From Barthelona sp. PCE (lineage: Eukaryota), in contig JAUFOR010000004.1 of NCBI GenBank assembly GCA_040285745.1, forward strand, positions 620,001 through 684,000: DNA of 64,000 nt, written 5' to 3'. The position numbers were made by a program, and so were the translations under genes. Under the pieces are notes generated by a model. The model saw only the letters and a program-made list of their open reading frames with translations. It was not told the origin of the DNA and did not search any database. Positions 9,114 through 19,225 of this stretch are shown here, in pieces; positions within the stretch are counted from its first letter, which is position 1, and each line of letters starts with the position of its first letter.

Positions 9114-10805
9114 ATGGATATTTTAAACATTGAATCGAGCTGCATTAACTACTGTAACCGATGTGAACAGGCTAAAAAAGGACCTGGATGCGTTGGTATC
9201 AAGGAAGAAAATCCTGAAACAATTTTTGGTGTTTGTGGTAAGACAAACATTGTATCCACAAGAATTGACATGATCAACTACTTCCTGAATAAGTATGCTG
9301 AAGCAATGCAAGGGAACACCTCGAAAGTTTCCGATGCCAGTATTAGAGCCATTCTCGTTGCTGGTTTCAGCACAATCACAAACACCAACTTTGATGCCGA
9401 CCGACTGCGTTTGTATGCAATCTCCGTTATGGATGCATGTAACGCAGATTTTGGTACTTCCCATGTTTACCCTGAAGACGAAGCCAAGTGCATCCAGGAC
9501 AATGGATACATTCACCTTCTGCGCGAGCGCGGTGAGGTTCTCGGTGGATTAATCATCTACGTTGAGCAGGGTGCTTACGGGTCCATGGCTTATGCCGAAC
9601 ACGCTGTTATGGAGAGCGGAACTACAGAACATATCCGCGAGCATGTTATTACACTCATGGACTGCTTCTACCAGTCTAAACAGGCAACTGACGTGCCTAC
9701 CATGCTGGGTGTCATGGCTGCTGCCGGAGCTGCCAACCTTACTATCACACAACAGCTTGACGATGCCAACTTCAAGTCCCACGGCCAGCAGACTTTCTCT
9801 CACGCAGAGCTCATTCCTGAGGCAGGTAAGGCCTGCATCATTGTGAGTGGTCACAGTCTCAGTGATATTAAATCTCTTCTTGAGTACATCAAGGAACACA
9901 ATTACGAGATCAACGTCGCCACCCACGGTGAGATGCGTCGCTCCCACGGTCAGGAAGAACTCCGCGCCCTCGGTCTCAAGCACCACTTTGGTTCCAGTTG
10001 GTCCAAGCAGCGTTCTGAGTTCAAGAATGTTCCCGCCGCTATCCTCTTTACAACAAACTGTATCGTCAAGCCTCTGCCTTCATACGCCGACCGCGTTTTC
10101 ACATGTAACATGGTTGCCATGCCTGGTTGTGAGCACATCGAGAACAGAAACTGGGAATCCATCTGTCAGAAGGCTCTTGAGCTCGGTGGTTTCACCGCTG
10201 AGGATGTTGCCCGTTACGAGGAGAAGTACGCCAGCGCCGGTCAGAACAATAAGCTCCTATTCGGAGGTGGTTACCGTACCGTCCTTGAGCATGCAGGAAA
10301 GATTGTTGATCTCATTAAGCGTGGTGTCATCAAGCGTGCCATCTTCATCGGTGGTTGTGAATCTTCTACTAGAACCACATACTACAAGGAACTCGGTGAA
10401 AACATTCCCAAGGACTGGCTTGTACTCACTGCTGGTTGTGGTTCCTTCTTGGTCAACAACAATCCCGCTTTATACGGTGATTTCGAAGGTATTCCCCGTG
10501 TTGTTGATGTTGGTCAGTGTAACGATGTTTTTGGCGCTGTTCAGATTGCTTTAGCTCTTCAAGGTGCTCTAGGTGGCATCCCCTTTGACAGCTTCCTTTC
10601 ATTCTCGGTTAGCTGGTTTGAGGGTAAGGCCCTTGCCTGGTCTCTCACTCTGCTTGCTCATCTGGGTATCCCTCTCATCACTCTCGGTCCTTCCCTCCCC
10701 CGCTTTTTGGCCCCCGCCGTCATTGATTTCCTCGTTGAGAACCTCAAGGTCAGTGTTATTGGTGATCCTAAGACCGATGTTGAGACCATTATCTCCCGTA
10801 TGTAG
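9114..10805 (+). CDS. hcp: Hybrid-cluster (prismane) protein
   Basis: N-terminal CxxCEQ..C..GVCGK; hybrid-cluster ligand motifs SGHSL, THGEM, TTNC, GGC, AGCG, GQCND, SWFEGKA. Confidence 0.95.
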   Translation: MDILNIESSCINYCNRCEQAKKGPGCVGIKEENPETIFGVCGKTNIVSTRIDMINYFLNKYAEAMQGNTSKVSDASIRAILVAGFSTITNTNFDADRLRLYAISVMDACNADFGTSHVYPEDEAKCIQDNGYIHLLRERGEVLGGLIIYVEQGAYGSMAYAEHAVMESGTTEHIREHVITLMDCFYQSKQATDVPTMLGVMAAAGAANLTITQQLDDANFKSHGQQTFSHAELIPEAGKACIIVSGHSLSDIKSLLEYIKEHNYEINVATHGEMRRSHGQEELRALGLKHHFGSSWSKQRSEFKNVPAAILFTTNCIVKPLPSYADRVFTCNMVAMPGCEHIENRNWESICQKALELGGFTAEDVARYEEKYASAGQNNKLLFGGGYRTVLEHAGKIVDLIKRGVIKRAIFIGGCESSTRTTYYKELGENIPKDWLVLTAGCGSFLVNNNPALYGDFEGIPRVVDVGQCNDVFGAVQIALALQGALGGIPFDSFLSFSVSWFEGKALAWSLTLLAHLGIPLITLGPSLPRFLAPAVIDFLVENLKVSVIGDPKTDVETIISRM

Positions 10806-10894
10806 TATTTTTTTAAAATCGCACACATAACGCAATTGTAAAAAACTGTTTGTATTTTGTTGTTTACACAATATTAATATCAAAAATTCAGGAA

Positions 10895-11836
10895 TTAAAA
10901 AGAAATATCAGTTGGTCTGATTTCAGGGATTAAAGAAGGCACAGTTTCTACAAATTCACGATAGACATCAAGCGTTTTTTCCCACAAAGGATCAATCGTT
11001 AAACTACCGGGACCACTTGCGGTTGTTTCGATTTCCACAAGCTTAACAGTATTGTATAAACGGTCCTGTTGAGATTGTACTGGATCTCTATACTTTGTAA
11101 CAGCCTCGAATTGAATACCTAATCTCCTGTGTTGTGAAGAGTGAACGTAATGCATATGTGCTGCTAATGCATAGTCTGGCTCAAATAATCTGTGAAGACG
11201 TGAAGTAATAGTATTCTCCAAACGGCAAGCTCGAACATCTTCGTTTAAATTAGTTGCTTTACGACCTTGCACCCATTTTGGCCAGTCATGTGTCATAAAA
11301 ATATCAGTCTTTTGCCCTTCCAAATTCAAAATTCCAGCATAAGTACTCATTGCCAGTTCATGCCATCTTCTCACATGGTAAACTGATTTAAGGTTTGATC
11401 TATTCAACGGTGCTTTCTCTGTCAGTGGCTTGTCGTATGATCTCTTATTGTAAATACCGCTCACACCAACGAATCTTACACCTTTGAGAAGATATCCACC
11501 ACATCTACCCATATAATGAATGTTTGGAGCAATCTCACCCCCATCTGTGTGATCAAGTAACCAGTTGTATGCTTCATGGTTGCCCCCAACAAATAAAGTG
11601 GGGTATGGTGCATTATCTTTAAATTTATGAAATGTGCCTAATTGATGGTACTTACGTGGTGCTGCAAATCCCTCAAGGTCTTCTGGGCTTCTAAATGTCT
11701 GTGCATCTCCTGTTATAACAACGCAGTCAATTGGTCCATGCAACTTCTCAAGTGCAGCTACATCATCATATAATTCTTCAAAGTGGCCATGCACGCAGCC
11801 AGCATGTACTATTCTAACAGTCCGTGTTTCTGTCAT
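10895..11836 (-). CDS. DBR1: RNA lariat debranching enzyme
   Basis: GCVHG, GDAQ, PRKY, GGNHE, SVYHVR, THDWP, AHMH metallophosphoesterase motifs. Confidence 0.92.
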   Translation of the reverse strand: MTETRTVRIVHAGCVHGHFEELYDDVAALEKLHGPIDCVVITGDAQTFRSPEDLEGFAAPRKYHQLGTFHKFKDNAPYPTLFVGGNHEAYNWLLDHTDGGEIAPNIHYMGRCGGYLLKGVRFVGVSGIYNKRSYDKPLTEKAPLNRSNLKSVYHVRRWHELAMSTYAGILNLEGQKTDIFMTHDWPKWVQGRKATNLNEDVRACRLENTITSRLHRLFEPDYALAAHMHYVHSSQHRRLGIQFEAVTKYRDPVQSQQDRLYNTVKLVEIETTASGPGSLTIDPLWEKTLDVYREFVETVPSLIPEIRPTDISF

Positions 11837-12163
11837 GAAATGAAAAAGGTTGAAAATAAGTTATCAAGAAACAAAGAAACTTAATTCAAAAGAAAAGTTT
11901 AAGGATGTCCTGACATATTCACATGTCATAAATCGCAAGTTAAAGACCTTTGGTCACTCAATATTTAAAATATTGAGATGAGCCTTACTGATATCCAAAT
12001 TAGAAACCTTTTTATTATGAATTTTTGTACTTTAAACATGCCAAGGGGGATGGGACGAGTCCACCTACCTATTTTCATGCTGGTATGTTTTGGAAAGACA
12101 TTTTTTGCTATATTGTTGTTTAAGTCTCTTATACAATTCACATTTCACAGATTTAAGTGCAAA

Positions 12164-12976
12164 ATGCTGATACGGAACCAAAGAGCCATATTTTTTCAGA
12201 AAACGACCAGAGAATGTGTTGATCGCAAAAATTATTTAGTATCTAAAATGGTCGACTCTCAGGAGTTATATATAGAAATGATGTGCAACGAAGCCGAAGC
12301 ATATGATGTGTTGGAAGAATTGACTGATGCCAAGGGTGCTGAGAAAATTGGATACTTGCTTGTGTCAAGTGATAAAACAACTATTGTGGAGTTTTATTGC
12401 ACAGAAGAATGTGACACTGTTGCTATTTTACGAAGCTTCATCGAACAGCACCCTGAAATAACTACAATACTCACAATGTCAACAACACAACAATTGATGA
12501 ATTCTTGCCTCGATATGGGATTAAAATACGAGGTGGTTGGAGCAAATTTCCGCGATTGGCAGGATACTCAGGAGTCTTTATCGTTACAAAGTCGAAAAGC
12601 ATTGGAATCTGACTATAATTATCTCAAAGAAAATAACGAAGAAGTATTCGATTACGATGAACAAATTAATGAGTGGATCAGCAACGGGTGGGTATATATT
12701 GCAGAGAATGAAGGTCAAAGCGTAGGTTTCGGCTTATGTACACCCACCTTGAAGCAAGAATACAATGAGACTGCAGATATAGGTATACTTGTTGCTTCTG
12801 AACACCGTCATCAGGGGTATGGATCACAGATAGCGCGCTTAATGGCAACAGAAGCCCAACGACAAGGTCTCCGACCAACTGCTGGGTGTGCTATTGAGAA
12901 TATTGCTAGTCGGCGTACGTTACAAAGAGCTGGATTTAAACGATCATTCAGAACCCTCACCTTCACCCGCGAATAA
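12164..12976 (+). CDS. GNAT-family acetyltransferase, bacterial-like (start uncertain: 11978, 12164 or 12248)
   Basis: ADIGILVASEHRHQGYGS acetyl-CoA motif A; AGCAIENIASRRTLQRAGF. Confidence 0.8.
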   Translation: MLIRNQRAIFFQKTTRECVDRKNYLVSKMVDSQELYIEMMCNEAEAYDVLEELTDAKGAEKIGYLLVSSDKTTIVEFYCTEECDTVAILRSFIEQHPEITTILTMSTTQQLMNSCLDMGLKYEVVGANFRDWQDTQESLSLQSRKALESDYNYLKENNEEVFDYDEQINEWISNGWVYIAENEGQSVGFGLCTPTLKQEYNETADIGILVASEHRHQGYGSQIARLMATEAQRQGLRPTAGCAIENIASRRTLQRAGFKRSFRTLTFTRE

Positions 12977-15532
12977 ATTACTAAACGAAGAATGTCTCAT
13001 ATAGTAATCAGACAGTTTGAATAGGGTTTCAATTGGCGTAGCATGGAATCCATCCACTGTCTTTGCTATAGAGAGGTACTCCTGTCCATACTTTGGTGCG
13101 AAGCGCTTGTATAAATCAATAATATGGTTTCTATATACATCATCACCGGTTGTTGTGTTGAACGCGAGTGCCATTGCATATACATCAGCGAATTGTTTAT
13201 GGTGCTCAAGTGCACGTTCTATGTATGTTCGTGCACGGTTCCAATCAGAAAGATTGCAGAAAACCCAAACAGCACTGATTAGAACGTGATAAGTGTCTTT
13301 GTACGGTCCACGCAGTAGTGCAAGAATTCTAGACTTCTGCTTGATGACAGGGAGCATCAGTGGATCGTACGAAATAATTCTATCAACGAGGCCTCGCGAG
13401 GAATTATATTTTGGATCAGGCGCCCAATCGCTGTTGGAAAAAACACGCAGGTACTGATCAACCAAATTCATCCGATGTTTTTCCGGTAAAGAAAGTTCAT
13501 AGTCGAGGCGAAGGAAGTATAGAATTGGCCACTTGGGATGTTTAATGATAAGTCGTTCAAAAATGATTCTCTTTTCCAACTTCAATTGTAAATCATCGTT
13601 ATAATTGACAAGAAAGCGTAATATGGCCTCCGAAAAGTACACACTATTGCACTCATTCATCATATTGTCAATATTATTGATGTGAAAATATCCATTTTCC
13701 ATTTGTCGTTGCACCAATCTTAATTTAGGATCATCCCAGTGAACCTGGCAGAACTGTTCAAACGCACTGGAGCGAACATAGCGGTCATATTCAGCCGGTT
13801 TGCGGTTTTTTAGGAAGAACAGTCTGAAAATCGCAACCTTTGGGCTAACTTTTGCAGGATTCTTGGGAGGCCATTTCATATATCTGGATCTGTTCATGAC
13901 ATCTTCCGCTAGCTCAAACAGACCATGTTGGCAATATTTTTTAAATGTGAATAAACTCAAAGGTGTATTGATATATTTATCCAAAATTGTTAATGGAGTG
14001 GGTATATCATTGTACCCAATAAGGAATTTGACAACTTCTGCATCGATGAGAGGCAATTTATACTCAAGCATGAGGCTAACAGCACCATTGAGAAAATGAG
14101 GAAGAAAATATTGAGCATACTGTATTACTATCTTTAACAGCGTTATCTTTTGCTTTTTTGGCAGTGAATCAGCATGGAGAATCAACAAACACAAACTAAG
14201 TACGGCAGAATCACCTTCAATAGGCTTTGCAGAAACACAAGAATTGGTGATGCTTTTTTTAATCTCTGAGCAGTCAGTTATCACCAAACAAGATGCCAGT
14301 TTGGTCAGCACAGTTGGGTTACCTGTCATAGTGTTGAACAAAGGTATGAGCACGGTGCTAACTTGTTCATCATTAACAGAAAGTTTGAAATTTTTAAGCG
14401 ACTCTAAGTACGGGGTCTCATCAATTTTATACTTGTCACAGATCTGTAGCAATCCACTTGTGATGTATAACACAGCTTGCCACGTCTGATCCGGCACCAT
14501 GAGTCCTCGTTGCATCGTAGCGAGCGCACCATCAACGGTAGACTGTTGGCGGGCAAGGAAGACCCAAAATTCACTGACTTTTGGATTAAAGTTGATAGCC
14601 TGTGATAAAATTGAAGACAGCTCGTTTTTGGGTGTCATTCCTATCAACTGGCGCCATAAACTCACACCATGCGGGCAATTATGACTTCTGACACTGTCTG
14701 TTAACATCGCATACTTGCTGATGGGATTGACACAGTTATCAACTGCAACGTTCCATAATTTCTCACTTGAAGGAAAGGTCTGCAATGCATCCTTAATTGC
14801 AGCACCATTCTCCGCCTTTCTAAGACTGTTTATCAGTACAACATACAGATCCTCATCCTTTTTGTGTCGCAATCCCAATAAACACTCTCGAATGGCTAGT
14901 TTTGAATTTTTTTCTTGGAAATACAGTTGTGCAAGTCCTAATCGTGCCTCAACATTCCCCTTATCTAGCTTGACCATCTCCTTCAATGACTGCTTCAATT
15001 GCCTGTTATCTACAAGAATATTGGTGTCGAGTGCTTTCAGGTATTCACTTTTTTTTGCTTGTGTTGCTTTTGCACCTGTTGTAGTATCCTCGAAGAGCAG
15101 ATCCATGTCTTCGAATTCTGTTTTCATCTCTTTAACCCTTGAAACTAAATGAGTATCAGCAGAAATTTGGAATTCACTTCGCTTCTTGTACCGATCATAA
15201 ATCCTGGATATGTCAGGCTTCTCTGGGACTTCCATCCAATCATCAAAGCTTAGATTGATTGTCTTCTGTGTCTTTGGAAGCAATTTGGAATGATTCGAAA
15301 CAGTGCTAGCTTTGCGTTTCCTTGCCTCAATCTGCTTCTCAAGTCGGTCCCACGATGTTGTGCTACCATGAAATACTATGTCATCATTCTTTTGATCTTT
15401 TGGGTTGACTCTACGCTTATTTTTTGAGCGATCAGCCAGATCAAGTGCAGACTGCAAATTAGAAAGCCCTCTGAGTGAACCAGCCTTGTATTTTGGCGGG
15501 GGTGGTCCCCAAACTTCATATGGATCAAACAT
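12944..15532 (-). CDS. PRP6: Divergent pre-mRNA splicing factor Prp6 (HAT/TPR repeats)
   Basis: N-terminal PPPKYKAGSLRG, HAT-like repeats (PSSEKLW, PHGVSLW, PKVSEFW), C-terminal PKYGQEYLSIAK. Confidence 0.75.
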   Translation of the reverse strand: MFDPYEVWGPPPPKYKAGSLRGLSNLQSALDLADRSKNKRRVNPKDQKNDDIVFHGSTTSWDRLEKQIEARKRKASTVSNHSKLLPKTQKTINLSFDDWMEVPEKPDISRIYDRYKKRSEFQISADTHLVSRVKEMKTEFEDMDLLFEDTTTGAKATQAKKSEYLKALDTNILVDNRQLKQSLKEMVKLDKGNVEARLGLAQLYFQEKNSKLAIRECLLGLRHKKDEDLYVVLINSLRKAENGAAIKDALQTFPSSEKLWNVAVDNCVNPISKYAMLTDSVRSHNCPHGVSLWRQLIGMTPKNELSSILSQAINFNPKVSEFWVFLARQQSTVDGALATMQRGLMVPDQTWQAVLYITSGLLQICDKYKIDETPYLESLKNFKLSVNDEQVSTVLIPLFNTMTGNPTVLTKLASCLVITDCSEIKKSITNSCVSAKPIEGDSAVLSLCLLILHADSLPKKQKITLLKIVIQYAQYFLPHFLNGAVSLMLEYKLPLIDAEVVKFLIGYNDIPTPLTILDKYINTPLSLFTFKKYCQHGLFELAEDVMNRSRYMKWPPKNPAKVSPKVAIFRLFFLKNRKPAEYDRYVRSSAFEQFCQVHWDDPKLRLVQRQMENGYFHINNIDNMMNECNSVYFSEAILRFLVNYNDDLQLKLEKRIIFERLIIKHPKWPILYFLRLDYELSLPEKHRMNLVDQYLRVFSNSDWAPDPKYNSSRGLVDRIISYDPLMLPVIKQKSRILALLRGPYKDTYHVLISAVWVFCNLSDWNRARTYIERALEHHKQFADVYAMALAFNTTTGDDVYRNHIIDLYKRFAPKYGQEYLSIAKTVDGFHATPIETLFKLSDYYMRHSSFSNLFAGEGEGSE

Positions 15533-15603
15533 CGAATCCTGTTGAAAGGGATAAAATTTGCTTAACGTATTTGCATCTTTATCATTGATATTTTAATTTA
15601 AGC

Positions 15604-16173
15604 ATGGTACACAAGGGCAACGTTCATTATAAGAGCAGAAAGGAACAGCGAAAGAAAGCACGTCAGGATAAGAAAAAACGTAAAGCAAAGTACCATTCAA
15701 AGAAGCGCGAGCAAGAACCGGTAAAGAAGAAGCAGAGAGTTGATTTCGACTTGGATCAGTTGGAAAAAGAATTGGAAATGGATTCTAAAAATACCAGCGC
15801 AACAGCAGCACCACAAATAATGGATAAGAAGGTAGTTCCTGCACGACATACATCAGGAAAGCTGAGCGATATGCCAAGAGAACAGAGATTAGCGATTTTA
15901 CAAAGACAGTATGAAGAAGAAGAGGCAGAGCTGAAGATGCTTGAAGCACAATGTGGTTGGAAGGGGAACGAGATCGCAGACGAGTTTGTGAGTGATAATA
16001 TGCACGATTTATTGATTGTATGTGATGATTACCATGAAGATGCAAATTGGGTTGATGAACTCAGTATTGATTCAGATGATGAAGAGATGATGGAGATGAA
16101 ACGGAAGTACTTGGACGAATTGCAAAAGGAAAGGAAGTTAAAAGACACTGAGATTCAAGAAACAAAGAAATAG
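15604..16173 (+). CDS. Basic/acidic protein resembling the N-terminus of NOM1/Sgd1
   Basis: RKEQRKKARQDKK and EEEAELKMLEAQCG...EFVSDNMHDLL; no MIF4G or MA3 domain follows. Confidence 0.5.
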   Translation: MVHKGNVHYKSRKEQRKKARQDKKKRKAKYHSKKREQEPVKKKQRVDFDLDQLEKELEMDSKNTSATAAPQIMDKKVVPARHTSGKLSDMPREQRLAILQRQYEEEEAELKMLEAQCGWKGNEIADEFVSDNMHDLLIVCDDYHEDANWVDELSIDSDDEEMMEMKRKYLDELQKERKLKDTEIQETKK

Positions 16174-16449
16174 GAAACATATGTCTTCTGGATTTTTCAT
16201 TAAATAATACTCTAAACAAAGCCTCTAGTGAAATTTAGCCCCAGTAAACAAGTGATTTATGTATGTATATTGTGAAATAAAAGAGAAAAGATTATCCAAA
16301 ATCGAAACCTTGCAATCATACTGTTTAAGGGTGCCAATCCTTGCCTATTGTATATTTGGCCAGTTATAGGAGGATTGATACGTGACATAAAAGGATAGAT
16401 GTTGAAGAATTATAATCTCCCCATTTCAACGTTATTTTTCACGTAACAA

Positions 16450-18618
16450 ATGCCAGGCAGGAAACGTAAGGCCGCTGAAACCAAGAAGGAGCTTCGTCAA
16501 AAGCTTCAAACCAAACTAGATGATGATAGTGATAGTGAAGAAGAAGAAGAGTTAATCGAACAGGTTACAGTTACTAAGGAAGAGGTGGAAATAGTTGTTA
16601 CCGAAGAGGTTGAGACAGAGAAACTTAAGAAGGGCGGACGCACTAAGAAGGAAGATCCTATCATTCCACCAGCAGATCCTCGTCTTACTGAACGCCTTGA
16701 GCAGTTCAACTGGGACGAGTACTTCCACCGTGAAACATATTGGACAACCCTGAGTCACAATGGAATCCTGTTTCAACCTGATTATGTCCCACATGATATT
16801 CCAGTTGTTTACAATGGTGTTGATGTGGAGATGTCCCCCGAGATGGAAGAGATTGCCACTTTCTGGGCTCAAACTATGCATTTAGTACATGTAACAAAGC
16901 CCAAATTCAGGGAAAATTTCTTCAATGATTGGCAGAGGTCATTCCCTGAAGAATGTGTCATTGAGGACCTTGATGGATGTGATTTCACCAGGATTAAAGC
17001 GCATCTTGACGAACAACGTGAAAGACGTAAGAAAAGAACTCGTGATGAGAAGAGAGTAGAGAAAGAAGAAAAGGCATCGTTGAAGGAGCGTTTCGGCTAT
17101 GCTGTTGTCGACAATGAAAAGCAGGAGATTGCTAACTATCAGACAGAGATTCCTGGATTGTTCAGAGGAAGAGGAGATCACCCAAAGGCTGGTAAAGTGA
17201 AGCGCCGTGTTGTCCCCGAGGATGTTACACTCAATCTTGATGAAGACGCTGAAATTCCACCCGCACCCGAAGGCCATGAATGGAAGGAGATCATTCATAA
17301 CCCATCAGCTCAATGGCTCGCAAAGTGGGCTTGTCCTATCACAGGTAATATCAAATATGTGAAGTTGAAGGCGACATCGCTGTGGAAGACCGATTCGGAT
17401 ATCGGAAAGTTCGAGACAGCACGACGTTTGCGCCCCTTTATGAACACACTTCGTTACCGAATTCAAGCACTGATGAAGAGCGACGACGAGACATTGCAGC
17501 AGATTGGTGTTTGTGCTTACATGATTGACAACTTTGCGTTTCGTCCTGGTTCTGACAAAAACAAAGACGAGGAAGCAGACACGGTGGGCATAACATCCAT
17601 AAAAAGATGTCACGTAAAGCTCACTACACGTGCCCCTGATCGCTCAAACGAGGAGGATGACATCAGAGAGTGGCTTTGTGAGGCAGAAGCCAATGTCAAG
17701 GGTGGTTATATCGTTTTTGATTTCCTGGGTAAGGACAGTGTTCCATACCAAAGAACGCACAAGATTGGTAAGACTCCGTACCGTATCATCCGTTCAATAT
17801 TGAAGAAACCCGGTTATTCGGATGCGAATCTTTTCTCAATAGGGGCTAGTGATCTGAACAAATGGCTCTCAGGTCAGTTGGACGGATTGACTGCCAAGGT
17901 GTTGCGAACATACAACGCTTCAGTAACGCTTGATATGGAGCTCCACAAGCCTATTCCTGAAGAATTCAACGATTCAGAGGCTATGAAGGTTCAATATTTT
18001 AAAACTTGCAACAAGAGAGTTGCTGTGCTTTGTAACCATCAAAGACAGATTGCAGCAAACCATGATGAGATGCTAAATAAGAGAGAGCAGAAGATCAAGG
18101 AGTTTGAGGAAGAGATGGAGGTACTAAATGATCGTTTAAGACGAAGACAGGCTGATGAACCAGTATCTGATGATGAATATCACTTCAAGAAGCTTACAGC
18201 TGCTCAAAAACGCAAGTTGAAAATCGAAGAAGATGCAGAGCACCCGAAAATGGAAGAGTTTATGGAAGAGAATGCTGAAGACATTGAAGAAAATCCTAAA
18301 GCTATGGTAAACACATTGGTTGTTGATGAGAAGAATGCTTTACACATGTGGCAGTTGATTAAGCATCAATCGTTAAAACAGACACAAAACTCTATTGAAC
18401 GTGCTGTTAAAAAGATCGAGAAGGAGAAGATTTTGATTGAGGAGAAGGTGAAGATGAAGAATGTTTCTTTGACAACCTCTTTAACTAATTATATTGATCC
18501 TCGTATTGTTGTTGCTTGGTGTAAGCGAGAACAAGTACATTTGAAGAAGGTTTATTCAAATCTTTTGCGTCAGAAATTCGAATGGTCATTTGATGTCCCA
18601 CAAGATTTCGTTTTCTAA
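16450..18618 (+). CDS. TOP1: DNA topoisomerase IB
   Basis: GLFRGRGDHPK, FRPG, FLGKDS, AKVLRTYNAS, CNHQR, catalytic Tyr in SLTNYIDPR. Confidence 0.98.
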   Translation: MPGRKRKAAETKKELRQKLQTKLDDDSDSEEEEELIEQVTVTKEEVEIVVTEEVETEKLKKGGRTKKEDPIIPPADPRLTERLEQFNWDEYFHRETYWTTLSHNGILFQPDYVPHDIPVVYNGVDVEMSPEMEEIATFWAQTMHLVHVTKPKFRENFFNDWQRSFPEECVIEDLDGCDFTRIKAHLDEQRERRKKRTRDEKRVEKEEKASLKERFGYAVVDNEKQEIANYQTEIPGLFRGRGDHPKAGKVKRRVVPEDVTLNLDEDAEIPPAPEGHEWKEIIHNPSAQWLAKWACPITGNIKYVKLKATSLWKTDSDIGKFETARRLRPFMNTLRYRIQALMKSDDETLQQIGVCAYMIDNFAFRPGSDKNKDEEADTVGITSIKRCHVKLTTRAPDRSNEEDDIREWLCEAEANVKGGYIVFDFLGKDSVPYQRTHKIGKTPYRIIRSILKKPGYSDANLFSIGASDLNKWLSGQLDGLTAKVLRTYNASVTLDMELHKPIPEEFNDSEAMKVQYFKTCNKRVAVLCNHQRQIAANHDEMLNKREQKIKEFEEEMEVLNDRLRRRQADEPVSDDEYHFKKLTAAQKRKLKIEEDAEHPKMEEFMEENAEDIEENPKAMVNTLVVDEKNALHMWQLIKHQSLKQTQNSIERAVKKIEKEKILIEEKVKMKNVSLTTSLTNYIDPRIVVAWCKREQVHLKKVYSNLLRQKFEWSFDVPQDFVF

Positions 18619-18634
18619 TTTTATTCTATTCTAT

Positions 18635-19225
18635 TCACAGCAAATTGCATATCCCTTCATTCGATTGTAAAGGACTTGTTCCATGATAATCATCATTACC
18701 TTTCTCAATTTCATGTAAAATAGCAGGAAATAAATTTGGAAGATTTTCATCATTTTCTTCTTTTGCAGATACTTCCACAAATGGCATGCCTAGTTTCTCC
18801 GATAAAGCTCTGCCATCTTCTTCAGTAACACCTCTCTGTTGGATATCTCTTTTGTTGCCCACCAATATAGCTGGAATTTGTTCCATGAAAAAATAGTCAC
18901 AAATAGCACCATAGTATTTCTCAATGTCTGTTAGTGTGTCCTTTTGATCAACAGCATATACAAATATCAAGCCGACACAGTTGTCCAAATGATTGAACCA
19001 AGGATCTGTGCTGTCAGGAATTGGTGCGCCTGGGAGGACTCCTTGCGTGTCCCTGATGGATAATTTGTACATGACATTGTCAAATTCTTGATTATATTCA
19101 ACTTGGTCATACAATGTTGTTTTGTAGTCTTCAGAAAAGCTATCTGAGACAATTCTTTTGATGATTGATGTCTTTCCGACACCCATCATACCAATTATAG
19201 CTATCGTACGATGCCGAATTCTCAT
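18635..19225 (-). CDS. Ras-family small GTPase, Rheb-like
   Basis: GMMGVGKT, DTQG, NKRD, SAK, CaaX CNLL. Confidence 0.85.
   Translation of the reverse strand: MRIRHRTIAIIGMMGVGKTSIIKRIVSDSFSEDYKTTLYDQVEYNQEFDNVMYKLSIRDTQGVLPGAPIPDSTDPWFNHLDNCVGLIFVYAVDQKDTLTDIEKYYGAICDYFFMEQIPAILVGNKRDIQQRGVTEEDGRALSEKLGMPFVEVSAKEENDENLPNLFPAILHEIEKGNDDYHGTSPLQSNEGICNLL

Noticed and set aside
7386-12976. Bacterial contamination as the source of sod, hcp and the GNAT
   Set aside because: They are interleaved with clearly eukaryotic genes, have no operon layout, and sod and hcp share the host codon bias.
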